The position numbers were made by a program, and so were the translations under genes. This document shows, in pieces, positions 38,483-53,641 of a DNA stretch of 64,000 bases; position 1 is the stretch's first letter, and each line of letters opens with the position of its first letter. The notes beneath the pieces were generated by a model. That model had not been told where the DNA came from. It ran no database searches and was given only the letters and a program-made list of their open reading frames with translations. Origin of the DNA: Eledone cirrhosa. Lineage: Eukaryota. The DNA is taken from positions 346,580,001 through 346,644,000 of the forward strand of contig OZ024741.1 of NCBI GenBank assembly GCA_964016885.1, written 5' to 3'.

Positions 38483-41203
38483 GGAGTAGGAGAAAAAATA
38501 GAGAGATTGTGTGTGTGTGCGTGCGTGTGTATCACAACTGTGGCACCTGAATAGATAGAGTGAGAATACGAAATAGGGAAAGAGCAAAAAGAAAGAGAAC
38601 GAGCATATTTGTATGAATGTGTGATTGTGTGTGCGTTCTTTCTATGTGTGTAAGTGTGCATGTGTGTATTTTGGTAGTCATTAATGAAAGCAAATACTTC
38701 AAATAATACGGTGGAAAAACTATTGCTAAGTGGCTAAATGGGGTGGAGATGATATTCGAATGATGCAAACATAAAGGTGAGGATGGAGAATACAAGACTA
38801 TTGCGGCTACATTGGCGGAAAGTTAAGACCCCGCTATCTGTACGGGTGCCCATTGTAGTATAACACAGCTGGTACTATGGAAGCTAGTAATCGGTGATTA
38901 TATTCAGTCTGCTACTAGCAACTCTCACTTTGTGGAGTCAAAGTATGGGTTTAATTGGAAGACTCCAGTAATTGATGCCCTGCATAACATGCACAGGAGT
39001 TTTGATACATGCATAATCGTTCAAATGCATCTCTTCTATAAATAAAGGCAGTTATTAACGACCCTTTTTAATCAGATGCCAGCAAGTTAATTCAGATATT
39101 AATTCGGATAGCCTAGGATCACATTGTCAATGCTTAAATACCTCGGGCATAGTTTTAGGTGATGCATCTAAGGCAAGGCTTTATTACAAGAGACTATATT
39201 CAATAAAACCTGACCGTATTATTTGAAGCTGATTTAGTTGTGATTTCTCGCACGTTGTAACACAGGTTGTACCACTGTGCCCCCACATGCTAATAATAGT
39301 GAGAGATGGGGAGAGCGGGAGAGAGGGAGGCAGTAAGTGTGGGCTGTGTGGTTCCTTTGTGTTCGAACCTGGTCTATATGTATATCTTCCAGTTACATGT
39401 TTTTACATTCTAATTCCACATTCTCCCAAAGTTGACTTTGCTTGTCACCCAGCTGTGGTCAGAGTTGATTATATTGAAAGCGTCACACCCACTCAAATTT
39501 GTGCCACAGCTCAGCTATTAACTGAATGGATTATTAGGAAAAACGCTGTGTCTAACCTATGGATATGTTCGATTACATTTGCCTAAGTTCCAACCCTTAG
39601 AACCAAATCCGGAAGTACGTGTTTGGTATGCGAAAATTTAAAACTGACAGCTGTATCTGCGCAGATAATTTAGACATGTGATAACATTGATATTCACATA
39701 CATAACAGAAGCTTGTGCGACAGTCATTCTAGGAATCGATATAAATTATTTAAAAATTCTCAAGAGATTTGAAGGAATCATATTAACTGCGAAATAAAGA
39801 ACATTAACGGTAAACATAATTACAATAATTTTTCTTTAATTATTTCTTTCGGAAGGAAAATATATTTTTAAATTAATTACTAGCAAGAAAGAAGGGGAGA
39901 GAGAGAGAAAGAGAGAAGTGGGGGTTTGACAGCGACAGACAAAGAAATAAAAATAGAATAGTCGACAAATGAATCAAACTGATTAAAAATGAATGAGATT
40001 TGATAATTATTTTAAAATAAACTTCAATAATATGAAAGAAATCAAGGTTAATATTATAAAAGGAATATTTTCGTATGTTTCTCTCCGTGTGTGGTTTCAA
40101 TCTAATAGAATAATACTTTTTTCTTTTAAAATTGACATAAATATATACTCTTTTTTTGTCATTTCAATGGTTATGAATATTTCAAAAGGCTTATCGATCA
40201 ACCAAAAAAGGAAGCGAATTGTCTGTGTTATTAATACAAAGAATATCCATGCATGTACACAACGCACACACGCACACTCACGTACATAGAATCACACATA
40301 CACACACATATATACATACACACGCACATACACAGACACTTACAGACACAAATACGTATATGGTATGATAACTGCCACTTTTTTACAGACGACGGATATG
40401 TCTTCAGCGAATACCCTGCTATTATGAACCACTGTTAACGCCAGGCTGCTGGCCAGTTTGATGACAGAAAACGCTTGGTTTTGGTCACCTTTTCTATACT
40501 TTCCAATATGGTATGGGTGAACAGTGCGTCCGCAAAATGGTCTGTTCAGACGCTCAAAACTCCGCCGAAGCATGTTAATATTAAGGTTAACAGGGCAGCG
40601 ACATTAGGATAAGACTTTAGCCACCCACGAGCAGATTTGTGACTATGAGCTATTAACCGGTCGCGTCTGCACACATTTTCATTCTTCCACGGCCGTGGGA
40701 CATGTGATGAAATATCTGCACATAAAGATGGCAATACTATGTGCTTGTGCTATATACATAGCACCTACTCCATACTCGCAGCTATGTGTCCAATGACAAA
40801 TCAAGGCAAGATAGATAACAGAACAGTTACAAGGATTTCATGTGTTATTGCTATGGAGTTTAACCTCTCCAGGTGGTGTAGCCGAACGCACTACGCTTGG
40901 CCAATTGTAGCTTGCTGAGATTATTTAACCAATAGTTGGAGTGAGTGGCTGCAGACTGTGGAGTTTATATGCCCATTGACAGCTCTTGTTTTTGTGCTGC
41001 TGGGTTTCTATTTACACTGAAGCGATGACGAACCCAAACAGCGAATGTGTTTTACTATTTTTGGCAATATTAGGACAACATGAACTTCCCAAAATATAAC
41101 AAAATCTGTTTCAACTTACGATTTCATATAAAAATCTTGCATAACTCACACACACAAACACACACACACACACATATATATACACACACACATACATACA
41201 TAA

Positions 41204-41301
<98 letters not shown>

Positions 41302-41303
41302 CG

Positions 41304-41583
41304 AGAGAAAATGTGAAATTGAAAATATATTTAAGGGTGTGTTTTTTTTTTTTCCTTTCTTTGATTCGTCAAAGTGATATTATCGAAATATTGAGAGGGA
41401 CAATTCTTTTAAAAAAGAGTTTTATAATGTGTATAAAGTATATATTTCATATACTTAATATACATTATAAAACTCATTTTTTCAATAATATCACTTTGAC
41501 GAATCAAAGAAAGGAAAAATAAAAAAAATAAAAACAGACGTTTAAATATATTTTCCGTGTATTTTCAATTTCACCTTTTCTCT
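41304..41583. repeat. Diverged fold-back element next to (TA)n(GA)n
   Basis: TTTCCTTTCTTTGATTCGTCAAAGTGATATTAT pairs with ATAATATCACTTTGACGAATCAAAGAAAGGAAA. Outer ends also pair. No HHR found. Confidence 0.75.
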
Positions 41584-42425
41584 ATAACCACTGTTTTGTA
41601 CTGAAACTAACTTCCCTTTTGAAATACATACATATATATATATATATAATCAACTACGACTGCTCCATTACAAATATACATGTTGTTAATACACTGAGAC
41701 ATGTTCACTCTTTCCTACTTCCAAACTATACCTCATTGAGTGAGTAATGTGAGCAATCTGGATTTTAGCGAATATATTTCCTATAACCTCGTTACTTTTA
41801 GACTATGTATATATAGAAAGAGAGCGCATGCTTGTATGTATGAATGTATGAATGTTTGCGTTTATGTGAGTATATAAGTGTGTATAGGTCTGTGTGTTCT
41901 TTCTAAATATTTCAAATGTTTATTAGAAGCAACGGATGGATGGAAATCCAAAACACAATATTCCAATAGCAGGAAACGTGAACCTTAAATATTACGAAAT
42001 TATATAGGTATGATGTGATGTAGTTTTTTTACGTAGATTTCTCATTCTATTTTTGAATCTAACAAAGAGTCACGTCATGTACTGAATAAAGATATCTTTT
42101 TACATGGATATTTTCTTCGATTATTATTTAAATGATTTTATTTATTTTTTATAATAATGTTTTATTATAGTTTGGGTTGATATTTATAGACAATAGTCTT
42201 ATTTAGTTCGTGTTATTCCTTCCCGTGTTCATGTTTATATATTTACATATAATGTCAGGGCTATTTTCTCACCGACACCTCATATGTATTTGCACTTCTA
42301 TACAAACATGCATATATACTTTATTGCATACATTCATGGCTACATACACATATTCATATATATATATATATACACACATGCACATATGTATATGTATGTG
42401 TGTGTATATGTCCATGTGCGTGTAT

Positions 42426-42479
<54 letters not shown>

Positions 42480-42589
42480 AGAGAGAGAGAGAGAGAGAGA
42501 GATTTATATATACATACACTCACACACGTATGTATATATATATATATATATATATTTATTTATATATACATGCATACACACACACACAC

Positions 42590-42641
<52 letters not shown>

Positions 42642-42989
42642 ATATGTATGTATGTATGTGTTTGTGTGCGGGCGCATGTGTGTATGAGTATGTATAATTG
42701 GGAGCCTGTGTATTTATGTATAAATATGTATATCCTTTACCGTTCGTCCCACTCTTTTAAATTTTCAGTTTAAATATCCTTATCTACTATATTGCGTTTT
42801 TTGTACGCTATTCATTGTATTACCGTTCTGACACGTTTCTCCTCTTTGCTATTCTTTACTTTAATTATGTACGTCTGTTATACTCATAAAGATTGGTGGA
42901 GATTGAAATGGGATGTCATATATTGTTCAACACGTATTTCTGTTTAATCAGTATTTTCATATATATATATGTATGTATATATATATACA

Positions 42990-43022
<33 letters not shown>

Positions 43023-43537
43023 AGATTGTGTGTGTGTGTGTATGTGTATGTGAATGTGTGTGTGTATATGAGTATCCTATCTGTATGTGTATATATATAT
43101 ATATGTATGTATGTGAGTGTGAGTGTGTGTGTGTAAAAATACTTGCTATATTGAAGGATGGTAGAATATGTACTCAATATCATAGTAGAGGTTACATATT
43201 TCTTTTATAATGGCGACGTAGTGGAACTTGTTACTCTGGGGTTTCTGAACCCTCGCATTGTCTTCTGACAACATTGAATATTCAAATATAGAGGAAATAT
43301 AATTGGTTAAAAACCCTGGAGAATAATAGAGAGGATAACAGAAAGAACATAAAGAATGGCGGTATAAATGTTATAAATTTAAAAAGGTGTGGTGAAGGAA
43401 TAGGGAATAGGGGAGGGCGAGATAGATAGAGGCGATGGCAGTGGGAGTTCGGCGGAGTTCCACTCTTCCACGTTCGGACCATATCCTTGTGGTTGTGTTT
43501 ATTATCTATATAGAACATTATTTATTTCCCTGCTTGT

Positions 43538-43615
43538 TATTTGACTGTGGCCATGCTGGAGCACCACCTTAAAGGGATTTAATCGATGAATTCGACCTCA
43601 GTACTTATTTTTTCT
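43538..43615 (-). mobile_element. Probable 3' fragment of a second SINE family
   Basis: TTTGACTGTGGCCATGCTGGAGCACC...TCGACCTCAGTACTTATTT. The TCGACC..GTACTT part resembles the SINE core; the rest is recognised from memory only. Confidence 0.45.
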
Positions 43616-44084
43616 TTCACGTCCGAAGAAAGTTAGGAGGGTCGGCGTGGAAAGTGAGGAACAGAATGTAGAGAGGGTGGCAAGAGAAACGAAAACAGAG
43701 AAAGGTGTGGTGAAAAAGGAGAACAAGAAAAAAACTAAGAGGGGAGCAGGAGGGGGATGAGGATGAGACAATGTCGAAGAATGGAGTAGGGAGAGCAGAT
43801 GGAAGAAGTGAGAAGGAATTTTGATAAGCAAGCTGTTATCAAGCAATTTGCAGATAATGGTGATGAAATTGTGGGAAGCTTAATGTTGCCTATGGTGAAG
43901 GAAGCGGTAGATAGTGATTGTATTTAAAATGACGATGATATATAGGAAATAATACAACAGAAAAATGAATACAGTAGAAGTAGCAAAGAAAATAAATCTA
44001 GTGCGTATGTGAACGTATATCGATTAACGGGATTGAAGAAAAATAAGATATTTAGTGACTAGATAATCTTCATAGACAGAGTTG

Positions 44085-44358
44085 ACATGCGCAACCGTGT
44101 TGAAAGTGATACTAGTGGGTGTGGGGTCAGGCGAATGGTATTTGTGGATGACATGCTATAGCTTAACTCGTCAGAATGTGATCCGCGAGTGCTGAAAAAT
44201 TAGTGATGTGATGACCAATGCACTCATTGTCTCAAACAGTGACTGTTCATGAGGAGAAGATCCGTTTGAAGGTGTGCACACGACCCTCTCAGTAAAAAAA
44301 AGTGGGTGAAGAAGAAGAAGAAGAAGAAGAAGAAGAAGAAGAAGAAGAAGAAGAAGAA
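44085..44358 (+). mobile_element. Probable RTE-like LINE 3' end with (GAA)n tail
   Basis: GTGCACACGACCCTCTCAGTA...GGTGAAGAAG resembles the minus-strand end at 63702-63810 (GTGCCCACGACATTCTCGTA...GGTGAAGAAG). Confidence 0.5.
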
Positions 44359-45571
44359 GCCAGATAATGGTAATACATATGATGATGATGATGATGATGA
44401 TGATTAGAACATAATGGAAATTGTGTATAAGTATGGTTATGTTAAAATTAGTCGAAACAGTTAATAAATTAGTATATGAATACACTCACTCACACACGAA
44501 TATATATATATAGATTACTATAACTCAATGATCTGAAGTATCATGCTTATTGCACCCTTTACACTGCACTCCTTCTTGTTACTGGTATAGCTTAGCAGGA
44601 TTTGTAAGCAACATCGTATAAAAAGTTCGAATTTTTGACGCGATTAGAGAATAGGTTCATAGAAAATGTAACAAAGTCAGATTCAGAAAATAACTGTACA
44701 ATTCTTTGCACAATTTGCTTAGAAAATTGTATATCGACCCCTTATCGACGGCAACATGTGGTCAGTGGTCACTGTGAAGTCCAAACATACGATGTAGTTT
44801 GAGCACCAAGCTGCTAAATTAGACAGTGATTGTTGTCTGGTGATGTTTAGCTCGGGGGTTAGAAAATTATCTTGTATCTTTTAAGAATATAAATTTCGAT
44901 TTTTCATAGCAATCGGTGGCCATTTTCCTCTATATAAGGTGTCTCTACTCGAATTTCTAAGCCACTTATAGCAACCAACTAATTTTACGGTTAATTTCTG
45001 CATCTCATTTTCTACATTTTCTACTAACCAAATATTTATATAATTTTTTAATGGTTGGAAGCTAATTGAATCACCTAGCTAGATGAGGTATATTTAACTA
45101 CATATGAATGCATTATATTTTATTTCGTAGATTATTCACTAGAAAGACAAACAAAAGTTACATTACCATCTTATTTACCTGAAATATATGACATTTCACA
45201 CAATTGGCAGTAAGTGCTTCATGCTAGGGAATGAATGTTTGAACACACAACTTTAGGTAACAGATTTCGCTATAAATTTATGATTTCAAATTAGCTTCAA
45301 ATAGGAGCAAAAAGTAAATATTTATTGGACAGCATCACATTTACCATTTGCGTGTTTCTTTGTATTTAGAAGGGAAATACACGGGAACGCAAATAAACAC
45401 AATACGACACACTCGGGCTTGCATATATACGAGAAATAGTATGTAAATCAGGGTCATCTAACACCAGTCTTCCGAGTCAGTATCCTCTCTGTCCTGTTGG
45501 CCGGGACCAATAGGTGGACAACACATCAGTGCAGGAGTATTGTGGCAGTCCAGTCTTTAGACTTAATGATT

Positions 45572-45941
45572 AATAATGGTTTCTACTTTAGGCCCAATTA
45601 CCCCAGGGCGTTACTGGTGCTTTATTTTATCGACCCCGTAAGGATGAAAGGCAAAGATATTCTTGGCGGCATTTGAACTCAGACCGTAAAGGACCGTAAC
45701 TATGCTGCAAAGCATGGTGTCCGACCCTCTACCGTTACTGCCAGTCCACCTTAATGATTAATAATTGTTTCTACTTTAGGCACAAGGCCAGCAATCCCCC
45801 AGTGCATCACTGGTACTTTATTTTATCGACCCCGTAAGGATGAAAGGCAAAGTTAACCTCGGCGGGATTTGAACTCAGAATGGCAAGGACCGTAACTATA
45901 TGCATCAAAGCATGGCGTCCGACCCTCTACCGATACTGCCA
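45572..45941 (-). mobile_element. Two tandem SINE copies (45572-45750, 45760-45941)
   Basis: Same family as 2043. TTAATGATTAATAAT on both sides of the first copy looks like a target-site duplication. Confidence 0.88.
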
Positions 45942-48659
45942 CGTTGACATACACTCACATTCATACCAACACTTATTCATTGGTCCACTAACTAGTACCA
46001 AAATATCCCATTTATATCATATGATATAAATGGGATGCGCTCGCTCAGAAATAAACAATAGAATTACTATTGAAAACTTTTCAATAGTAATGGAAATATG
46101 TTAAAGTGAATAACACGATGTCCTAGATATTCTTACCAATTCCACGTTATTCTTAGCTAGTCTCGCTCGTTTTACGTAAAATTATTGCAATCAAATATTG
46201 TATTTTAAATAAATAGAATTTCTTATTATTTTCCAAAGAAAAAAAAATTTATGATTCTCTCGAAACAATACGGAGATAAGATTCTGTCAGTTACGTATAA
46301 TGTTGGTATTGTTTATTTCTACACACACGCATGTATACAGAAAATTCAATTTCGAAATAAAAATGAAACCAATTATTCCTTAGTTTTACAATTGTCTACG
46401 TAGGTCAGCGACGGAAAATTAGATAAATTTATTGATGCTATTCAAAGATAAACTTCTCAATACACTAGGTTTTACAGTCTAGTACACTGAAATTCCAAAT
46501 GATTTTGTTGTTGTAATCATATACAGTATGTGGTTCAATTTTGAAGAATGCACTGTATAATTCGTTGCTGATCTGGGTTTTTTTAAAAACTTTTCTGGTG
46601 GGGTGATCCGCTTTAAATACAATTCCCTATATATAAAATAAATACGAACAAGTAAAGCTTTAGCATACAATCTATTACAACATTATGACGAATGGATCAG
46701 TTGGATTTAATATTCAACTAGTCCTCTCGTCGTAGTGTTGTAGTTGAAATCCATTTCAGAGTAGATATAGAAACTGAATACAGAAGTCAAATTTAAATTA
46801 TAATTTGATAATATAATTTTCATTTACTAATGAAAACTACTAGTTCTGCTATGTTATTTTACGCATTTTGTGACATATACATGGTTTCTTACATATTCCA
46901 GTCCATCTATTTCTTTGCATTGTTAAAAGGGACATTGTGCTAGTTGTGTCGGAATATATCTCACTAGCAGGTTGCGTTCAAACATATTGGTTTAATGAAA
47001 TTCCCTCCGAAATATATTGGTAATATATAAACATATACAACAAGAATCTGCATTGATACAATCTGCCGAATTTCACGTAAAAGTCATTGATAACAAAACG
47101 GGCTATATTAGAAGACATTGGAAATGGTACCACGTATCTGCAAAGCAAAATAATTATTATACAAATAATGTATGTACCGTTATTTGTTCATGATATTATA
47201 ACAACAGGATATATGTGGATATAATAAAGATCTCTTTACATACAGTGGATATGAAAAAAAGCAAACAATATAATGGCAGTGACACGTTCATTAACATGAT
47301 TTGCAAATTAGCAGTAATGGAGCCTTAATTCCTGAGAGTGTTGTGGGGTGCCGCCTAACACACAGTTGATCTTTGAACTTTTAAATCTGGTGATCACCAT
47401 CCATTTCCAGGTCTCAACAAAGTCGATTTCCTCCTGACAAAGAAGGAAAGATAATAGAATAGAAGAAGGCTTGACTCAGTACTGGATTTGTAATTTTCGA
47501 CCTGATCTCGGCGTGTTTTGAACTGAGCCGAAACAAATACCATGCATCTGTAACTCGACACCCAAATGTTTCTGACAATTCGAAAAGTGATTTATACTTA
47601 CGTATAGTGGACATTTTAGAAAGTGGTTTCGAAACCCTCTTTTGGTACCTACTACACAGAGAGTTTACTTCTTATCTTCAAGTGCCTGCCAAAGATAAAT
47701 TACAAAATATACATTAGAAGAAATAAGTTTTCTAAGTGGTATTTATCATATTTGAGACATATTCCACCGATCAGCAACCAAACAACAAAATATGTTAAAC
47801 AATTGAAGACGACAAATATAATGAAACATTGAGAAAAACAAAATAAAATAGAAAAACGTTCAATGTCTAGAACATTAACAACTAGTGTAATGGCAGTAAG
47901 AACTGAGTACAAACTAATATTTGATATAAAACAGAGAATTACAATTTCGAAAACATTCTATTTGAGGTTTTAATAAGATTATCATATTGTGATGGAATAA
48001 GTGGATAAGTATGGCGGACAAATATGCTGTCACAATAGATTGATTAATGAAAAATAGGCGGGAAGAGGGAAATGAGAGTCTTCTTGTATGTATTTACTAA
48101 TTTCATTGTCTGTATACGCACACATTTATGTATGAATGTGGCTATATATGTAGTGTTATGTACGTATGTGCGTCTGTGAGTGTGTGTATATATTATGCGT
48201 GTATAGCTATAAACATATAGATATCATATATACGCATATATTAATAGGTGTATACATACGCACGCAGATATATGTAATTATATAATTAACTTAAATATAT
48301 ATTTTTATGCTTAACTTATGATTGTACAAAAACCACACTTACGCTGGATAATACAAATTTATGACAGACGACACACTATTGAAAATAACATTTTGAAATA
48401 CACCTATTTATTTATTCGCTAAACCTGTCTCTATGTATAAACTTCACCTACATACCATTCATTTTACACAGTACCATACACACTCACACGCATATATATA
48501 CAAATATTGAGCGTATTTTTAGAAAACGGTTAACGGAATCTGGAAGTTGGAATAAATGGAATAGAATGAAACGAAAATAACTTCGACTAAATAAAATATT
48601 GGTCTGATAATTCATACGCCTACATATTATCAGACTATGTAATTTAGTCAAGGATAATT

Positions 48660-48735
<76 letters not shown>

Positions 48736-48740
<5 letters not shown>

Positions 48741-49697
48741 TACCAAAATATACGGTGCAATCATAGAATTAGAAGAACTTTCAAATATTATAAACCTAAT
48801 TAATATACACCTTACACTTATATTTTACAAATTATTATAATTAGTTTTTTTAATTTAGTTAACCTATAATTAGTATTTTACTACTGAGAACTTCATAATT
48901 TTATTTCCCTTTTACAGCTATCTTAAAATTAATACCTATAAGTATACATAAAAACTATTTTAATTTCCTGTTATGAATCTAAATTCCTTGTAGTCTATAT
49001 AAGTTTGTTATTTCTCACTAATACATTTATCACCCCCAAAATGTTTTCCCTTCGTTTTTAACAACATTCTCTAATAACATATAACTCTTATTTATCACAT
49101 CTATATGAATTAATATAAATTTATCCCTATAAGTATACCTATCAATTAAATTACTTTAATTTCTTTTTATAGATCTTATTTCCTTATGTTTTAAATAAGA
49201 TTGGTATTTCTTACTAACACATTTATCCTAAAATTTTATTCTCCTTCGACTCTTTAATAAAATCAAATGTTCGTGTACCTTTCACCGGCTTGACCTCTTT
49301 TCATCCCAAAAGTAACATTTTCATTCAAAGTATTCTTTCCATTCAAAACTGAAGTCTGCATTCCTCTACCCCTAAATTAAATTTCTACTACTACTATTTT
49401 ATCAACTTGACCACTTACTAATTTTCTATTGGTCAATTAAAAACTTGTTCCCAAACAGACCTATCATGTAAAATCTTTGTTGTTTTCTTTCAATAAACAA
49501 ATATCATTATTTATGAAGACAGCATATATATGTGAAGGTATGTATATTCCCTCTGATAGTTTGTAAAATGTTTACACAGATCTATATGATATACATACCA
49601 ACACACACATATATATCCTAGAAACGATCGTAAAATGATGAACTTTTTAATATAAGGAACTGTTTCTTCGTTTTTATTCATTGTTTTTATTAATTTA
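48736..49697 (+). mobile_element. Non-coding deletion derivative of family B; HHR at ~49505-49640 with mutated core (ATGAAGA)
   Basis: Reverse complement of 1862-3360 (without the SINEs and duplication). Shares the 5' end AAATCTACCAAAAT with about 4246-4259. Lacks the GIY-YIG segment. Confidence 0.8.
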
Positions 49698-49712
49698 TAT
49701 ATATATATATAT

Positions 49713-51696
49713 AGTGAAAGAGTGAAGAATAGCATGATCAACAGTACAAAAAGGGTTTTATTTACAGTATTAACAATAGTTTCATTGATTAGGGTGTCTA
49801 AAAATTATTAATCAATTTTAAATACATGGAGGCCTAATCAAATCATAGGAGTAACAGATAAAAATTATACACGGCGTTTGTAATATACTAGGATAATTCA
49901 ACAAACAACATCAGTAATAAAGAAATAAAAATAAAAAATAAAAAAGAAACAGAGGGAGAAAAATAAAATAAAATAAACAATAATAAATAAGCCAGAATGA
50001 AGATGGTAAACAATAAGTAAAAAAATATGTGTGTGAAAAAAATGAACATAATATGATTGTTGAATATAGTTGTGGCGGTGGTGGTTAAAGTTATAGTGGT
50101 GTGTAAGTTTTAAGATGTGATGGTACAAATATGAAAATATCTGTTAGACACGCAGTGACTAACAACGGAATGTTTTAAGTCTTATTGGCTAATTTCATCG
50201 TCTTATAGGTTAATCAACCAATGAGAGTAATTGTTGCTCAAAAGCATCCGCCACTTTGTTTGCACGTTTATTTATCGTTTCGCTTTCGAATCTTCCTCCT
50301 GCATTTCGTCGTTTACCATCAAAATATTTTCCTCGTTTGGTAAGTTATATATATGATTTTTTTAAATTTATATTAACTATTTCTTTTTCAGTTCGTTATA
50401 ACATGCTTATAATATTGATTGTATCGTATTTACTTGTATATTTGTCCATATTATTGTTCGTTTTATGTTAGATTATTTTATTATTATTATGTTAGATTAT
50501 TTTTTTATTATTATGTTAGACTATTTGTATGTAATATTTAATTTTTATTAATTCAACTATAACAATTATTATGTAAAATATATTTATTTAATATTGATTG
50601 TTTTTTGTAGTTGTTTATATTAAAAGTCTGAAAATATTTTTATACATCTTACAATAATATTTATGAGATTATTTATAAAATAACAATTATATAATCTAAT
50701 TACATTACAACGATAATTTATTATTAATATATATCATGTTTAACTAGAGGTATTACAAGCGTTGCCTTAAAAAAATATTAAACTAGACCTGAAAAATGCG
50801 CAAGCTCAAAAGAGTCACAATTATTTAAGTGAATTTATGATATAGAATTCGGTTTAAGAGCATTTCATATTAATCATTACTAAACATCCAATATGAGATC
50901 ATTATGAACATTAGCTTAAATAATGATCGTGTCGTCTTGAGTTCGTTATGAATCTCTTTTTTATAAAAGAATGCCACAGAGTGTACGATAGATAATGATT
51001 ACAATATTTTTGAGGAACAACTCTCGTCCCACACCTTTGAAGGTTTATTATAACATTCTGTGGCTCTTTTGAGCTTGCGCATTTTTCAGGTCTAGTTAAT
51101 TATATACATATGTATTGGTTAAATTACATAGGGTTATATTATGAAGAAATAATACAGTGATAAATAAAGGATAAATTATTAAATTGGAAGTTATGTGAGA
51201 GGTGAAGAGAACATGATAGGATATAATGGAAGCGGTGAAATAGTTTTAGGGAAAGAGAGTGTAAGAAAGGTTAGGAGATTATGATGTTGATTTAGTGATT
51301 AATTGGTCTATTGACAATTAATAATAGTGGGTTATTACAATAGACTCTAAGTGGTTCAGCTTGAATTATGGGATTGTTGGATCGAATCATGTTGGTTTGA
51401 AATTTGTGAATATAGTAGCTCCTTTATGCCTACAGAAATTGACCGTTCTATTTTGCTATTAAGCAGCATTTTGTCATAATTTAAAATATGGAACAACTCC
51501 ATATTGCAAAGGTCGCAGTGAGACATTCCATTGCTGTAGGCTTTTGCTCCCGATAATTTCGACCAGCTAATCCTGTATTCTTGGTTTGTATCCTTATTAC
51601 TCCAAGATTAACCTGCATAGGAATTCCCGTGAACTCGCTACCTAACTAAGGAAACCTCTTGTTGAGTCAAACGACGCCGTAACGAAAATTTGTTAT

Positions 51697-51700
<4 letters not shown>
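49713..51700 (-). mobile_element. Second family A copy with degenerate HHR (~49766-49856), interrupted by an insertion at ~50141-51099
   Basis: Colinear with 635-1762. The insertion contains inverted arms 50781-50819 / 51059-51097. Confidence 0.8.
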
Positions 51701-51735
<35 letters not shown>

Positions 51736-51738
<3 letters not shown>

Positions 51739-53574
51739 TGGTTACACAACAGTTAGTTCACCATATCGAGAACAATTGTTTCACCTTAGCGGATCCTCAT
51801 CTCGTAATGGACATGGTTATACGGAACAGGAAGGACAACCCTACGAACGCGCATGCGCAGAAACGATCACTTCAAACAGGCAATACTAAGTTGCGTGCGC
51901 GAGGTGTAAGGGAGATAACTGCGAAAGTCCGAAAGTTTGTCGATCTCAGAGACCCTATTAAACAAAGCGTTGGACTTTGCTACCACTTACACTACAGTCG
52001 AAGGTTTAGACAGGGAAATAATCGATCACTGCCGGAAAATCCTCCTCTTCAACAACGGAGTAGACTGGGCAAAGAAGTCAACAACTTCAGACCTATTCGA
52101 CGTCTCCATGGGATCGTTTGACAGAGCTGACGTATGCGACTTGGTTGGCCTATTTATTTTACACATATTACGTGTTATATTCCGGGACTTCCACATATAT
52201 ACCGCGACGATGGACTGACCTTATCGAGCCATAAAAGTGGTCACGACCTCGACCGGTTTAAAAAAGACTTAACTTCTACCTTCAATGAGTTAGGACTTAG
52301 GATAACAGTAGCTACCAACCTCTCTAGCGTAGATTTCTTAGACATTAATTTAGACCTTCGTACACACACCTACAGATCCTTCCATAAACTTAACGAAAAA
52401 CTCAATTACTTTTACAAAGACTCATACCACTCTCCCACTGATTTTAGAAACGTCGTAAATAATATCAGTACTAGAATCTCAAATCTCTCCTCTAATAAGG
52501 CTATCTTTGACAGAGCGGCACCCTACTATAACACGGCATTAGCTAATAGCGGCTTCTCGCAACCTATCACTTACTCTCCCACTAACAACAACAACAATAA
52601 GAAAAGAAAGCGTAACAATAGACAAACTATCTGGTTCTCTCCTCCCTTCTCACTCAGCGTTAAAAACAATGTAGGCAAAACATTTCTAGCCCTCTTAGAT
52701 AGACACTTTACCATAGGTCATAAATACCGCTCCATCTTTTACTGACACAAAGTAAAACTAGGATACTCCTGTGCTAAGAACATGAAGGCCCACTTTACCA
52801 ACAGCCCTAAGAGCAGCACCCCACCAGGATGCTCTTGCCGTAAGCCCAAAGCTTGTCCCCTTCAACAGCAATGCAACACATCCGCTGTAGTTTATGAAGC
52901 TGTGGTCACTTCCACCGACCAAATCAACCACATGAGGTCAAATACTATGTGGGTATGGGGTAGTGCCGATTTAAGGAACGCTTCCTGAACCATCAGTCGA
53001 CCTTTAGGTACCCAGACAGACGTTCATCCACGAAACTCGCGAGCTACGTATGGTCCCTCAAGTACTCAAGTATAGACTACTCCATTCAATGGAAAGCAAT
53101 CACTAAGTCCAAGCCATACGCAAGGGGCAATCCGTCGTGTGGACTATGTATTGATGTACTAATAAATATTCCAAAAAGATTACGCAATAGTGATTGCCTA
53201 AACTCGAGAAATGAATTCTTCATACGTTGTCCACACATCTAGCTACACCTCTTACATAACTACAAATCTCCGGATTGAATTACAACATTTATTTTTCTTA
53301 TCAACTAGAAACTTTCGGACTTTCGCAGTTATCTCCCTTACACCTCTCGCACGCAATTTATTGTTGCCTGTGTGAAGTGATCTTTTCTGCGCATGCATGT
53401 TCGTATAAGCAACTTCCTGTTCCGTATAACCTTGTCCATTACGAGCTGAGGATCCGCTAAGGTGAAACAATTGTTCTCGGTATGGTGAACTAACTGTTGT
53501 GTAACCACTTCTACCTAACTCGTCCCATGGACTGAATGCTCAACCACTACGGATATTACCTTCCAGTGTTCTAC

Positions 53575-53577
<3 letters not shown>
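51736..53577 (+). mobile_element. Naiad-type PLE: inverted 5' pLTR (51736-51938), truncated RT + GIY-YIG pseudogene (~51940-53250), 3' pLTR (53309-53510) and tail
   Basis: MGSFDRADVCDLVG, IYRDDGL, VDFLDI, WFSPPF, CSCRKPKACPLQQQC..VVY, CGLC, LNSRNEFFIRCPH. (TA)n flanks. Confidence 0.93.
53442..53479 (+). ncRNA. Minimal type I hammerhead in pLTR (inverted copy at 51767-51804 has C3>A)
   Basis: CGAG-CTGAGGA-T CC GCTAA GG T-GAAA-CAATTG-TT-CTCG. Confidence 0.8.

Positions 53578-53639
<62 letters not shown>

Positions 53640-53641
<2 letters not shown>

Noticed and set aside
50781-51097. CTGAAAAATGCGCAAGCTCAAAAGAG in inverted arms as an HHR
   Set aside because: Too many core deviations and no stem III. 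Kept only as an inverted repeat.
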